Assembly (NCBI GenBank): GCA_965215605.1
Contig: OZ244070.1
Location: 2,496,001-2,560,000, forward strand
Length of the DNA: 64,000 nt
From: an uncultured Candidatus Binatia bacterium
Lineage (GTDB): Bacteria > Desulfobacterota > Binatia > UBA9968 > JAJDTQ01
Direction of reading: 5' to 3'
A program made the translations under genes and the position numbers. This document shows, piece by piece, positions 29,960 to 39,832 of this stretch (position 1 is its first letter; every line of letters starts with the position of its first letter). The notes beneath the pieces are model-generated. The model was not told the origin of the DNA, ran no database searches, and worked only from the letters and a program-made list of their open reading frames with translations.

Positions 29960-31642
29960 ATGCGTGATGAGTCAACGGTCGGCGAGCTCGGCAGGGTAGC
30001 CCGGGCGACGGGGGTCGTCGGTTCCCTGACTTTCCTGAGCCGCCTGTCAGGTCTGGCCCGGGATATCGTCATCGGGTATCTGCTGGGGGCGCGAAGCGCC
30101 GCCGATGCGTTCTTCGTCGCCTTTCGGATACCGAACCTGTTGCGGCGCCTCACGGCGGAAGGGGCGCTTTCCGCGGGTTTCGTGCCGGTCCTTTCCGACT
30201 ACCTGACCAACCGTGGCCGCCGGGAGGCCATCGAGGCAAGCGGTGTGATCGTGACCTTCGCGGTCCTGTTCCTGGTCCTCCTGACCGTGGCGGGCTTGCT
30301 CTTCCCCGGCCCCCTGACCCGCCTGTTCGCGCCCGGATTCGCGGCAACGCCGGAGAAGTTCTCCCTCACCGTGCGGCTGGTGCAAGTCATGTTCCCGAGT
30401 ATTTTCTTCGTCAGCCTCGTGGCGCTTGCCATGGGATACCTGAACACCTTTCGTCACTTCGTGGCCCCGGCCGTGGCGCCGGTGCTGCTCAATCTTTCGA
30501 TCATCGCGGCGGCTTTCCTGCTCATGCCGTTGCTGTCCCAGCCCGTCATGGCCCTGGCCTGCGGCGTCCTGCTCGGGAGCATGGCGCAACTCTTGCTGCA
30601 GCTACCCTTCCTCCGGCGTCACGGGTTCTCCTGGCGCCCGCGCCTGGACTTCCGCGACGCGGCGCTGATCCGGTTTCTTCGGCTCATGGGGCCCGCGGTC
30701 ATCGGCGCCGCCGTCTACCAGCTGAACGTGCTCGTCAGCACCATCCTTGCCTCGCTGCTGGAGCCGGGCAGCGTTTCGTACCTCTACTACGCCGACCGCC
30801 TGCTGCAGTTTCCGCTGGGGGTCTTTGCCGTCGCCCTGGGCACCGCCGCGTTGCCGAGCTTCTCCGCGCTGGCGGCGCGTGGGGACATCTCCGGGCTGAG
30901 GACGACGTTGTGCTACTCGCTCCGGATGGTGAACTTCATCTCCCTTCCGGCCGCCCTCGGACTGATGGTCATCGCGGTGCCGGCATTCTCCCTGCTGTTC
31001 CAGCGGGGTGCCTTCGAGGCCGCCGACGTGCTCGCCAGCGCCCGCGCGTTGGTCTTTCTCGCGCTGGGCCTGTGGGCGGTCTCGGCATCGCGCGTGCTCG
31101 TTCCCATGTTCCATGCCATGCAGGATACCCGCACGCCGGTGCGGGTGGCATTCTGGACGTTCCTTTTGAATCTGCTGCTGAGCCTGGCGTTGATGGGGCC
31201 CGTGAACGTTTCGGCGGGGTCCAATACGTTCGTTCTGACGGTCGCGGCACTGGGGCAGGGTATCGGGGTGCTGAGCCTGTCCTATGCGGGGTTGGCGCTG
31301 GCCAACTCCCTGTCCGCCACGTTTCAGTTCGCCGCGCTCATGTGGCTCGTCACGCGCCGGCTCGGAGGCTTTCAGTGGCGCGAGTATCTCTCGTCGCTGT
31401 GGCGAAACCTCACCGCCGCGGCGGTGATGGCTGGCCCGCTGTTGTTACTGGCGAGACGGTTGAACTGGGATACGGGTACACTGGCTGCTCAGGCGATCGG
31501 CTTCGTCGCGTTGGTGGCAGCCGGAATGGTGCTCTATGGGTTGGCCGCGAGGTTGGCGGGGAGCCCGGATTGGCCCTTGGCCCGTAACATGGCAACCGCT
31601 CTCTTGCGGCGTCTTCCCGCCCGGGCGAACGACGTAACGTAA
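29960..31642 (+). CDS. murJ: Lipid II flippase MurJ
   Basis: SRLSGLARD, ADAFFVAFRIPNLLRRL.AEGAL, YYADRLLQFPLG, DTRTPV. Confidence 0.96.
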   Translation: MRDESTVGELGRVARATGVVGSLTFLSRLSGLARDIVIGYLLGARSAADAFFVAFRIPNLLRRLTAEGALSAGFVPVLSDYLTNRGRREAIEASGVIVTFAVLFLVLLTVAGLLFPGPLTRLFAPGFAATPEKFSLTVRLVQVMFPSIFFVSLVALAMGYLNTFRHFVAPAVAPVLLNLSIIAAAFLLMPLLSQPVMALACGVLLGSMAQLLLQLPFLRRHGFSWRPRLDFRDAALIRFLRLMGPAVIGAAVYQLNVLVSTILASLLEPGSVSYLYYADRLLQFPLGVFAVALGTAALPSFSALAARGDISGLRTTLCYSLRMVNFISLPAALGLMVIAVPAFSLLFQRGAFEAADVLASARALVFLALGLWAVSASRVLVPMFHAMQDTRTPVRVAFWTFLLNLLLSLALMGPVNVSAGSNTFVLTVAALGQGIGVLSLSYAGLALANSLSATFQFAALMWLVTRRLGGFQWREYLSSLWRNLTAAAVMAGPLLLLARRLNWDTGTLAAQAIGFVALVAAGMVLYGLAARLAGSPDWPLARNMATALLRRLPARANDVT

Positions 31643-31679
31643 CGCCCCGCGGCGCCACGTTACGTCGTTCGACGGAATG

Positions 31680-32012
31680 CTACTTGGTCATGGATTTTTC
31701 GAACATGGCCTCGGCCTTGGCGGCGGCCTTCTCGGCCTTCTCCGCGGCGGCTTCGGCCCGTGCGGCGGCGTCGCCCGCCTTGCCCGCGGCGGCTTCGGCC
31801 CGTGCGGCGGCGTCGCCCGCGCTCTTGGTCGAGTCGCCCGCGCTCTTGGCGGCGGCTTCCGCCGTGCCGGTGGCGCTGTTCACAGCCTGGACATCGACCT
31901 TGAGGTCGTCGTGCCCGTGCGGCTGACCCGCGCACCCGCCTAACAGGGCGACGATCCCCATGCATACGGCCGATCGTACGAGGACTTTCTTGTAGTTGGT
32001 TGAAACGTTCAC
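31680..32012 (-). CDS. Lpp/OprI-like alanine-zipper lipoprotein
   Basis: Lipobox LGGC, Ala-rich heptad repeats, C-terminus MFEKSMTK; GGAGG before the GTG at 32012. Confidence 0.8.
   Translation of the reverse strand: MNVSTNYKKVLVRSAVCMGIVALLGGCAGQPHGHDDLKVDVQAVNSATGTAEAAAKSAGDSTKSAGDAAARAEAAAGKAGDAAARAEAAAEKAEKAAAKAEAMFEKSMTK
31742..31849. repeat. In-frame tandem duplications (42-bp and 21-bp period) in the lipoprotein gene
   Basis: 37 identical bp at 31742-31778 and 31784-31820; gtcgcccgcgctcttgg at 31812 and 31833. Confidence 0.85.
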
Positions 32013-32112
32013 GGCGCCTCCTTCCATGCGTTAAGGTTGTTGTTTCGCGCAAAGCTGTCGATTCTTGGTAAAGACAGGTTATTACCCTTATTTTTTGCCC
32101 GAATCAACCGAT

Positions 32113-32850
32113 ATGAACCACACTCCGCTAACGTCGAAGCTCATTTTCGAGATGGAAAGGGTACGTTCGTGCCTGATTCGGGCTCTGGCCGCGGTGATGG
32201 TGCTGTTCGCCGTCGCCTTTCTGCTCGCTCCGCAACTCTTCGAGGTCCTGGTGGAGCCCCTCCGAAGCCGGCTCCAACCGGGACAGAGCCTCATCGGCAC
32301 GGGGGTGGCGGAAGTGTTCTTCGTGGAGATCAAGGTGGCGTTCCTGGTGGCGCTGCTGGCGGGAAGCCCCTTTGTCTTCTACCAGGTATGGCGTCTGGTG
32401 GCGCCGTTGCTGGGCGCCGACGGCAGGACGGTCTGGCTGGTGGGCTTTGTCGGGGCTGCTTCGCTGTTCTTCCTGTCGGGCGCGTTCTTCTGCTACCGGA
32501 CCGTTCTGCCGCTGGCGTTCCTGTATTTCCTGGACCAGTACGGCGCCATCGGGGTTGAGCCGGAGATCCGCGTGGCGGAGTATTTTTCCTTCTTCTCCCG
32601 CATCGTGATGGCTTTCGGGATCACGTTTCAACTGCCGGTCTTCACATTCTTCCTGGCCCGCACCGGGGTCTGGAGCCACCAGTTCCTGTGGCACCATTTC
32701 CGCTACGCGCTGTTGATGATGTTCGTGCTGGCTGCCGTGCTGACCCCGCCGGACGTGGTCTCGCAACTCCTGCTGGCCGGACCGTTGATCGGGCTCTACG
32801 TTCTCAGCATCGGCATCGCCTACGTGTTCGGCCGCAAGCCGCCGGAATGA
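32113..32850 (+). CDS. tatC: Twin-arginine translocase subunit TatC
   Basis: FYQVWRLVAP, FGITFQLP, AAVLTPPDVVSQLLLAGPL. Confidence 0.92.
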   Translation: MNHTPLTSKLIFEMERVRSCLIRALAAVMVLFAVAFLLAPQLFEVLVEPLRSRLQPGQSLIGTGVAEVFFVEIKVAFLVALLAGSPFVFYQVWRLVAPLLGADGRTVWLVGFVGAASLFFLSGAFFCYRTVLPLAFLYFLDQYGAIGVEPEIRVAEYFSFFSRIVMAFGITFQLPVFTFFLARTGVWSHQFLWHHFRYALLMMFVLAAVLTPPDVVSQLLLAGPLIGLYVLSIGIAYVFGRKPPE

Positions 32851-32945
32851 ACGACTCGCTGCCGGTCTTCGGTGCGGTCAGCCGCCGCGGGCGAAGGCAT
32901 GGCGGTGCGGGCTCGTGCGTTGCGGGCCAAGGGCCGCAACCCGCG

Positions 32946-33719
32946 TCAGTCGGCGTAGTCGGGCTCTTCGCGGTCCAGAATCCGTTTCAAGGCGGCGAAG
33001 TGCCGCTCGGCCGCCAGGTTCTCGCCTCCGGACCGTTGCCTGCGCAGGTGGTCGGTGGTCTCCCGGGACATGCGCCGGAGCGGATGCCCGCCCGTCTCCG
33101 CCAGCACCTGCACCTGGCAGGCGCGTTCCAGGAAGTACAGCCGGTCAAAGGCCTCGGCCACCGTCCTGCCGGCGGTGATGACTCCGTGATTGGCCATGAA
33201 CAGGACGTTCTTGCCCGCCATCACCCGCGCGATGCGTCCACCCTCGGTCCGGTCCAGCACCAGGCCGTTGTAGTCTTCGAGGTAGGCTACGTCGTCATCG
33301 AAACGGGTGCTGGTCTGGTGCACCATCTCAAGGCGGCCTCCCTGGCGGCAGGAGATGGCCGTTGCGTAGGGCATGTGGGTGTGCAGCAGGCAGCGGAAGC
33401 TTTCCGGGTCGGCCCGGTGCAGCGGGCCGTGGATGTGGAGCGCGGTGGGCTCCACCTCGTGCGCCCCCTCCAGGCGGTTTCCCTGGAAGTCCACGAGGAG
33501 GAGGTTGCCGGCGGTTATTTCCGTCCAGTGGAGCGGATAAGGGTTCAGCAACATCAGGTCGTCTCTGCCGGGGAGGAGCAGGCTGAAGTGGTTGTCGATG
33601 GCCTCATGAAAACCGAAACGGACCGCCAGACGGTAGGCGGCCGCGAGGTCCAGGCGCGCCGGCCTCGCCGCTTCCCTCTCGTACGACAAGTCTTCGCTTC
33701 TCTTTGCCACGATGGCCAC
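32946..33719 (-). CDS. Class II aldolase/adducin family protein
   Basis: DLAAAYRL, IDNHFS, LLNPY, IHGPLH, HTH, FMANHG, LYFLERAC. Start position uncertain. Confidence 0.9.
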   Translation of the reverse strand: MAIVAKRSEDLSYEREAARPARLDLAAAYRLAVRFGFHEAIDNHFSLLLPGRDDLMLLNPYPLHWTEITAGNLLLVDFQGNRLEGAHEVEPTALHIHGPLHRADPESFRCLLHTHMPYATAISCRQGGRLEMVHQTSTRFDDDVAYLEDYNGLVLDRTEGGRIARVMAGKNVLFMANHGVITAGRTVAEAFDRLYFLERACQVQVLAETGGHPLRRMSRETTDHLRRQRSGGENLAAERHFAALKRILDREEPDYAD

Positions 33720-33997
33720 CCCCGTCGTCCCGACCTGATGGGCACTTGCGGGGGCCGTGCCGCGTCGCCGCAATGTGCCCGAAAACCGTGCAGGCGATTG
33801 TGTAACAATTGGGCCGCAGGCGCAAGCACGATCATCCTCCCCTCTTGCCCCATCCCCGGACTTCAGGCTCACCTCTCCTTGGATTCCTCCCCCTCCTTCA
33901 GGCTCATTTGTCCTTGGAAAAGACTGCCGCTTGATTACCAGCGTGCCAGCCCCTACACTGGCTCTGAAGTTCCTCCTGACGCCTCAAGCGCCCTGGA

Positions 33998-35476
33998 ATG
34001 CATACCCTCGAACAGCTCTACAACAACTCCCTGGCGCTGCTGACGGACCTCTACCAGCTCACCATGGCCTATGCCTACTGGAAGTCGGGCACCGCGCAGA
34101 AGGAAGCGGTGTTCCACCTCTCCTTCCGTGAAAACCCCTATGACGGCGGGTTTGCCGTGGGTTGCGGGCTCGGGCACGTGGTCGGGGTGCTGTCGCGTTT
34201 CGGGTTCGAGGCGAGCGATCTCGAATACCTGGCGCAACTGCGGGGCAACGACGGACAGCCGCTGTTCGAGGACGCCTTCCTGGACTATCTTCGGGACTGC
34301 CGTTTCGCCTGTGACGTGGACGCGATTCCCGAGGGGACGGTGGTGTTTCCCCACGAACCCCTGGTGCGCATCCGCGGTCCCATCCTGCAGGGCCAGATCC
34401 TGGAGACCGTGCTGCTCAACATCATCTGCTTTCAGACCCTCATCGCCACCAAGGCGGCGCGGGTGTGCCAGTCCGCCCGCGGCGAGCCGGTGCTGGAGTT
34501 CGGGCTGAGGAGGGCGCAGGGATTCGACGGCGCGCTCGCGGCGAGCCGGGCGGCCTACGTGGGCGGCTGCGCGGGGACATCCAACGCGCTTGCCGGCAAG
34601 CTCTTCGACATCCCGGTGAAGGGCACCCACGCCCACAGTTGGGTGCTGTCCTTCGACGACGAGATGGAGGCCTTCGAGACCTATGCCGAGGCCATGCCCA
34701 ACAACTGCCTCCTGCTGGTGGACACGTTCGACAGCCTGAACGGCGTCCGCAGGGCGGTGGAGATCGGCCGCAGACTGCGGGAGCGGGGGCACGAGATGGT
34801 GGGCATCCGGCTGGACTCCGGAGACCTGGCCTTTCTCAGTATCGAGGCGCGCCAGATTCTGGACCAGGGGGGTTTCCCGGACGCTGTCATCGTCGGCAGC
34901 AACGACCTCGACGAGCACGTGATCGCTTCGCTCAAGGAGGAGGGCGCCCGCATCAACGTCTGGGGCGTGGGCACCAAGCTCGCCACCGCCTACGATCAGC
35001 CGGCCCTCGGCGGCGTCTACAAGCTGTCGTGCGTACGGACCGAAGGCAGCGAGTGGATCAACAAGGTGAAGCTCTCGGAGCAGGCCATCAAGGTGTCGAC
35101 GCCGGGAATCCTGCAGGCACGGCGTTTTCGCCAGGGGGACCGGTTCGTGGCGGACGCCATCTACGATGAGACCCTGGGCATTGCCGACGGCTGCACCATC
35201 GTCGACCCCATGAACATGACCCGCAGGAAGCACGTTTCCGGCGGCACCGGATCCGAGGACCTGCTGGTCCCGGTGTTCCGCGGGGGAGAGCTGGTCTACG
35301 AGGTGCCCTCGGTGCACGCGGCCCGGGAACGCGCCCAGGCCGAACTGGCGGGTTTCCACAACAGCATCAAGCGCAGGGTGAACCCGCATGAATACCCGGT
35401 GGGCCTCGAGGCGCGGCTCCACGAGATGAAGACGAGGCTGGTGCTCCAGGCCCGCGGGGTCAACGGCGCGGGTTAG
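33998..35476 (+). CDS. pncB: Nicotinate phosphoribosyltransferase
   Basis: [50 protein letters not shown]. Confidence 0.96.
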   Translation: MHTLEQLYNNSLALLTDLYQLTMAYAYWKSGTAQKEAVFHLSFRENPYDGGFAVGCGLGHVVGVLSRFGFEASDLEYLAQLRGNDGQPLFEDAFLDYLRDCRFACDVDAIPEGTVVFPHEPLVRIRGPILQGQILETVLLNIICFQTLIATKAARVCQSARGEPVLEFGLRRAQGFDGALAASRAAYVGGCAGTSNALAGKLFDIPVKGTHAHSWVLSFDDEMEAFETYAEAMPNNCLLLVDTFDSLNGVRRAVEIGRRLRERGHEMVGIRLDSGDLAFLSIEARQILDQGGFPDAVIVGSNDLDEHVIASLKEEGARINVWGVGTKLATAYDQPALGGVYKLSCVRTEGSEWINKVKLSEQAIKVSTPGILQARRFRQGDRFVADAIYDETLGIADGCTIVDPMNMTRRKHVSGGTGSEDLLVPVFRGGELVYEVPSVHAARERAQAELAGFHNSIKRRVNPHEYPVGLEARLHEMKTRLVLQARGVNGAG

Positions 35477-35521
35477 CGGCGAGCGCTGCCTCTCTCCCGT
35501 CTCCCTGGATCAGGGCGCTCT

Positions 35522-36733
35522 ATGAACACGCTTGCATCGCTTCGCGCAATGGCTGTCCAGGGAGGCCGGCAGCGCCTCAGGCTCCTGGGTTTCATCACCC
35601 TGGCGCACGTCGCCATACACTGGTTCATGCAGATCCTGCCCGTGCTCGGGCCGACCCTCAAGTCGAACGTCGGTCTCACCGACGTGCAACTGGGCGGTCT
35701 CGCCTCCATGCGGATGTTCGCCCAGGCCGCGCTGGACGTGCCGTCGGGAATGCTTGCGGATACCTGGGTACGCCAGCGCGCCCTCATCGTGACCGCCTCA
35801 CTGGTGTGCATGGGGCTCTGCTACTGGGTGTTCGGGACACTGTCCGGCTACGGGTGGTGGCTGCTTGCCGTCGCGTTCCTGGCCGCGGGAACCACGCTGT
35901 TTCATCCGGCGTCGGTGGCCTCGCTGTCGAACCGGTTCCCGGAGAACCGGGCCACGGTCATTGGCGTCTACGGCATGGGCGCCACCCTGGGCAACACGCT
36001 GACCCCGCCGGCCATGGGTCTTCTGCTGGAGAACTTCGCATGGCAACGGGTGATGGAGAGCCAGTTCCTGGTGGGGCTCGCGGCGGCGGGGCTCGTGTGG
36101 CTCTACGCCGCGCGCATGTTCGAGGGGGACGAGATCCCGACGAAGAAGCCGAAGCCGTTTCAGGAGATCACGGAGCTGGCGCGGAATCCCGTGGTCCTGG
36201 TGCTGATGCTGGTCCGGAGCTTCAACCAGATCGCGCGGCAGGTGACCATGACGTTCCTGCCCATCTACCTCGTCGAGTACCTGGGTTACGCCGACTTCGG
36301 AATGGGCGTCTATCTCATGATCATGAGCGTGTCGGGTCTGGTGGCCCAGCCGGTGATGGGAGTCCTGTCGGACCGGCTGGGGCGCAAGGCGGTGCTGGCA
36401 CCTTCGCTGCTGCTCCTTGGGCTGGTGTACTTCCTTCTGCAATGGGCGGCGGCGGGAGTGGCGCTGGCGGTGGTAGTCGTCGCCATCGGGTTTCTCTTCT
36501 ATACGGTGGCCAACGTGACGACGGCGGCGGCGCTCGACGTGGCGGGAAAGGGCAGCCAGGCATCCTCCTTCGGGCTGGTCTCCCTGGGCACCCACATCCT
36601 GGTGGTGCCCGCGCCCACGCTGGCGGGATATCTCATCGGACGTTTCGGCATCATGGCGGCCTTCTTCTTCCCCGGGGTCTGCCTGTTGGCGGGCGCGTGC
36701 TTCGTGTTCCCCCTGCGGTTCCAGAGGGACTGA
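35522..36733 (+). CDS. MFS transporter
   Basis: About 12 hydrophobic segments; FHP..A; GVLSDRLGRK motif A. Confidence 0.9.
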   Translation: MNTLASLRAMAVQGGRQRLRLLGFITLAHVAIHWFMQILPVLGPTLKSNVGLTDVQLGGLASMRMFAQAALDVPSGMLADTWVRQRALIVTASLVCMGLCYWVFGTLSGYGWWLLAVAFLAAGTTLFHPASVASLSNRFPENRATVIGVYGMGATLGNTLTPPAMGLLLENFAWQRVMESQFLVGLAAAGLVWLYAARMFEGDEIPTKKPKPFQEITELARNPVVLVLMLVRSFNQIARQVTMTFLPIYLVEYLGYADFGMGVYLMIMSVSGLVAQPVMGVLSDRLGRKAVLAPSLLLLGLVYFLLQWAAAGVALAVVVVAIGFLFYTVANVTTAAALDVAGKGSQASSFGLVSLGTHILVVPAPTLAGYLIGRFGIMAAFFFPGVCLLAGACFVFPLRFQRD

Positions 36734-36757
36734 GTCGCGTGGCGAAGAGGTCATACG

Positions 36758-36830
36758 CGTCATTCCCGATTTCCCTCCGTCAGTCCCGCGAAAGTTTACT
36801 CCCGACCCCGATCGGGGGCGGGAATCCAGG
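36758..36830. repeat. REP-like palindromic intergenic element (GTCA(T/G)TCCCG...CGGGAATCCAG type)
   Basis: cgtcattcccg...cgtcagtcccgcgaaag...ccccgatcgggggcgggaatccag; hairpin-forming. Confidence 0.5.
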
Positions 36831-36916
36831 GCCGGTGGAGGGGCAGCGGTCCGGTTGACCTCGATGGCGTCGGGTGGTAGTGGCTGTTCGAATCCTGACC
36901 ACGCGGGAGGTTTGTC

Positions 36917-37981
36917 ATGAGCGAGATTTCCGTCGTCGACGCTGACGGCCATCTGATCGAATCCATACCGGAGATGGCGAATTACATGGTCCCGGAAGCG
37001 AAGGACTACGCGTTGAATCCGCCCCGGAACCGGGCGGGCGTGTTCCCCTCCATCGACGGCATGCACTACCCGGAGACGGAGGAAATGACCGCGGAGAACC
37101 GCATCAACCCGGTCAGAGCCAGTGACGGCCGGCCGGGTTCCGGCGAGGACATCTTCGAGTTCGTCAAGAAAGCGGAGATTACGGACTCGGTGCTGTACGC
37201 CACCGAAGGTTTGTCCCTCGGCTTCATTCAGCAGCCCAGTTACGCGGTCAAGGTGTGCCGCGGCTACAACGACTACGTCACCGAGCGGTACCGCGGCATC
37301 AGCAAGCGGCTGCATCCCATCGCATTGCTGCCCATGCAGGACCCCAAGGCCGCGGCCGCGGAGTTGCGCCGGTGCGTGAAGGAGCTGGGGCTGCTGGGCG
37401 GCATGCTCCCCTCCACCGGCCTGGATCTGCACCTGGGCCACGAGTTCTACGCACCCGTTTACGAGGAAGCCGCGGAGCTGGGCTGCGTGCTGGGCATTCA
37501 CGGCGGCTCCAACCGCGGCGTGGGCCTGGACTCGTTCAGCAGCCGGTTGGGTTCCCGGCTGCTCCATCACCCGGTCCCGCTGATGATCGCCCTGGTCTCG
37601 TTCATCTACCACGGCTGGTTCGATCGCTACCCGACCCTCAAGGTGGCGTTTCTGGAGGGCGGCTGCGCGTGGCTTACCTGCATCGCCGACCGCATGGAAC
37701 GGGATGCCGAATTGGAAGGGCTTTCGTGCAAGCCACTGCCGGAGTACATCGCCAGCGGCCAGATTCTCATCGGCTGCGAGGGCAACGACGCCAGCCTGCC
37801 GTACCTGGCCGGGCGGGTGGGCATCGAACCCTTCGCCTACTCCTCGGACTATCCCCACGAGGTGGACCTGCCGGCGGCCCGGAAGATGATCGAGGAGACG
37901 CGCAACCACACGGAGCTGTCGGAGGAGCACAAGGCGGCGGTGCTGGGAACCAACGCGCGCCGCTTCTACGGACTCAACTGA
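36917..37981 (+). CDS. Amidohydrolase_2 family protein (decarboxylase/hydratase-like)
   Basis: VDADGH, YND, GIH, LKVAFLEGG, SSDYPH, LGTNARRFY. Confidence 0.9.
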   Translation: MSEISVVDADGHLIESIPEMANYMVPEAKDYALNPPRNRAGVFPSIDGMHYPETEEMTAENRINPVRASDGRPGSGEDIFEFVKKAEITDSVLYATEGLSLGFIQQPSYAVKVCRGYNDYVTERYRGISKRLHPIALLPMQDPKAAAAELRRCVKELGLLGGMLPSTGLDLHLGHEFYAPVYEEAAELGCVLGIHGGSNRGVGLDSFSSRLGSRLLHHPVPLMIALVSFIYHGWFDRYPTLKVAFLEGGCAWLTCIADRMERDAELEGLSCKPLPEYIASGQILIGCEGNDASLPYLAGRVGIEPFAYSSDYPHEVDLPAARKMIEETRNHTELSEEHKAAVLGTNARRFYGLN

Positions 37982-38009
37982 TGCTCCCGTCTTCGTCCAC
38001 GGCCACCGC

Positions 38010-38933
38010 GTGATCGTCGAAGTCTCCGGCGTCACCAAGCGCTTCGGCGATCGGGTGGCGGTGGACGAACTCACCCTGAACGTCCCGCCGGGCGTCTGCT
38101 TCGGTCTGCTGGGCCCCAACGGCGCCGGCAAGACCACGACGCTCCGCATGATCTATGGCGTCACCCTGCCCACCAGCGGCCAGGTCCGCGTGTTCGGCAT
38201 GGAGGTGTCGCGCAACGTGCGCGCGGTGCGCCGGCGTCTGGGCGTCACCCTTCAGCAGAACGTTCTCATCGAGACCCTGTCGCCCCGGGCCAACCTTGCC
38301 ATCTTCGGGCGCTACCACCTCATGGACGGCGCCGGGCTGGCGCAACGAATCGAAGAGCTCATCGATTTCATGGAGCTGCGCTCCCACGCGGACGTGCCGG
38401 TGAACAAGCTTTCCGGCGGCTACCAGCGCCGGCTGGCCATCGCCCTCTCGTTGATGAACCGCCCGGAGCTGCTGATCCTGGACGAGCCCACCACCGGACT
38501 CGACCCGGCGGTGCGGCTGGCCCTCTGGTCCCGGGTGCGGGAGTTGCGCCGCGACGGCGCCACTGTCCTCCTGACCACCCACTACATGGACGAGGCCCAG
38601 CGGCTGTGCGACACCGTCGCCATCATGTCCGGCGGCGACATCATGGCCCAGGGCGCGCCGGAAGAGCTCATCGATCGCTTCCTGGCGCGGCAGGCGGTGG
38701 AGATCGAAGCGACCCCGGCGCAGGAGCAAGGCCTGCTGCATGGGCTGAGCGTGAGCCCGCCGCGGTGCCGGCTGGGGAACCGCAGCATGGTCTACCTGGA
38801 CGACCCCGCCCCGCTGCTGGACCGGATCCGGCGCCTCCCCGGGATCGGCGCGAAGGTCATGGCGGTGCGGCCCACCGACCTGGAGGACGTGTTCCTGACC
38901 CTCACCGGCACCAGCCTCGAGGATAACCCGTGA
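38010..38933 (+). CDS. ABC-2 exporter ATP-binding protein (NodI-like)
   Basis: GPNGAGKT, LSGG, LILDEPTTGLDP, TTHYMDEA, LEDVFL. Confidence 0.92.
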   Translation: MIVEVSGVTKRFGDRVAVDELTLNVPPGVCFGLLGPNGAGKTTTLRMIYGVTLPTSGQVRVFGMEVSRNVRAVRRRLGVTLQQNVLIETLSPRANLAIFGRYHLMDGAGLAQRIEELIDFMELRSHADVPVNKLSGGYQRRLAIALSLMNRPELLILDEPTTGLDPAVRLALWSRVRELRRDGATVLLTTHYMDEAQRLCDTVAIMSGGDIMAQGAPEELIDRFLARQAVEIEATPAQEQGLLHGLSVSPPRCRLGNRSMVYLDDPAPLLDRIRRLPGIGAKVMAVRPTDLEDVFLTLTGTSLEDNP

Positions 38934-39697
38934 CCCTGTCCTGGCGGTACGCGCTGGCGGTGTGGCGCCGCAATGCCGCGATGTACCGCCGCACCTGGAG
39001 TTGGAACATCCTGCCGAACTTCTTCGAGCCGGTGCTCTACCTCGTGTCCCTCGGCGTGGGCCTCGGCGCCTACATCACCACCATGGGCGGCACCTCCTAC
39101 ATCCAGTTCCTGGCGCCCGGGCTCGTGTGCGTCGCGGCCATGAACGGCGCGAGCTTCGAGGTCACCTACAACATCTTCGTGCGCATGAACATCGAGAAGG
39201 CTTACGACGCCATGCTGACCACGCCGATCCAGCCCGTGGACGTGGTGGCCGGCGAGCTGCTGTGGTCCATGACGCGTTCGTGCGTCTACGGCCTGTGCTT
39301 CGCCCTCGTGGTGGCGGCGGCCGGGCTGGCGCCGTTGCCCCAGGCCCTCTGGGTGCTGCCGGTGATACCCCTGACGGGCCTTCTCTTCTCCGCCATCGGG
39401 CTGGCCTTCACCCTGCGCATCGCCGCCATCGAACTCTACAGCTTCTACTTCACCCTGTTCCTCACGCCCCTGTTCCTCTTCTCGTCGGTATTCTTCCCCC
39501 TGGAGGAACGCCTGTCGCCGTCCTGGCTCTGGATCGCCGAGTGCCTGCCGCTGCTCCACCCCGTGCGGCTCGCCCGCGCCGCGTTCTTCGGCCCGGCCTC
39601 GCCCGCGCTGCTATGGGACGTGGCCTATATCCTGGGCCTCTCCACCATCCTCGTGGCGTATGCCGCGGGCCTCATGCGGCGCAAGCTGACCCTGTGA
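38930..39697 (+). CDS. ABC-2 exporter permease (NodJ-like)
   Basis: VWRRN, FEPVLYL, YIQFLAPG, PLFLFSSVFFP; overlaps the ATPase stop. Confidence 0.9.
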   Translation: MTLSWRYALAVWRRNAAMYRRTWSWNILPNFFEPVLYLVSLGVGLGAYITTMGGTSYIQFLAPGLVCVAAMNGASFEVTYNIFVRMNIEKAYDAMLTTPIQPVDVVAGELLWSMTRSCVYGLCFALVVAAAGLAPLPQALWVLPVIPLTGLLFSAIGLAFTLRIAAIELYSFYFTLFLTPLFLFSSVFFPLEERLSPSWLWIAECLPLLHPVRLARAAFFGPASPALLWDVAYILGLSTILVAYAAGLMRRKLTL

Positions 39698-39762
39698 CCC
39701 CCCGCCCCGAGACGAGGGAAGTAACGGCGGTCGAATCCGGAACCGGCCCGCCGGCGGTTCAA

Positions 39763-39788
39763 TGCCCGGGTCAAGTCCGGGATGACGG
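39763..39788. repeat. Palindromic REP-like element between convergent genes
   Basis: gcccgggtcaagtccgggatgacg hairpin ending in GATGAC, complementary to the GTCA(T) end of the element at about 36760. Confidence 0.4.
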
Positions 39789-39832
39789 GGCGGGGACTCG
39801 TGACGGGAAAAGGGAAGGAGCGGAAGGTTCTC

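Noticed and set aside
31742-31849. Repeats as a possible CRISPR array
   Set aside because: They are in-frame coding duplications with no unique spacers and no cas genes.
38010-39697. NodI/NodJ-like exporter as evidence of Nod-factor production
   Set aside because: The family is widespread outside rhizobia, and no nodABC genes are nearby.
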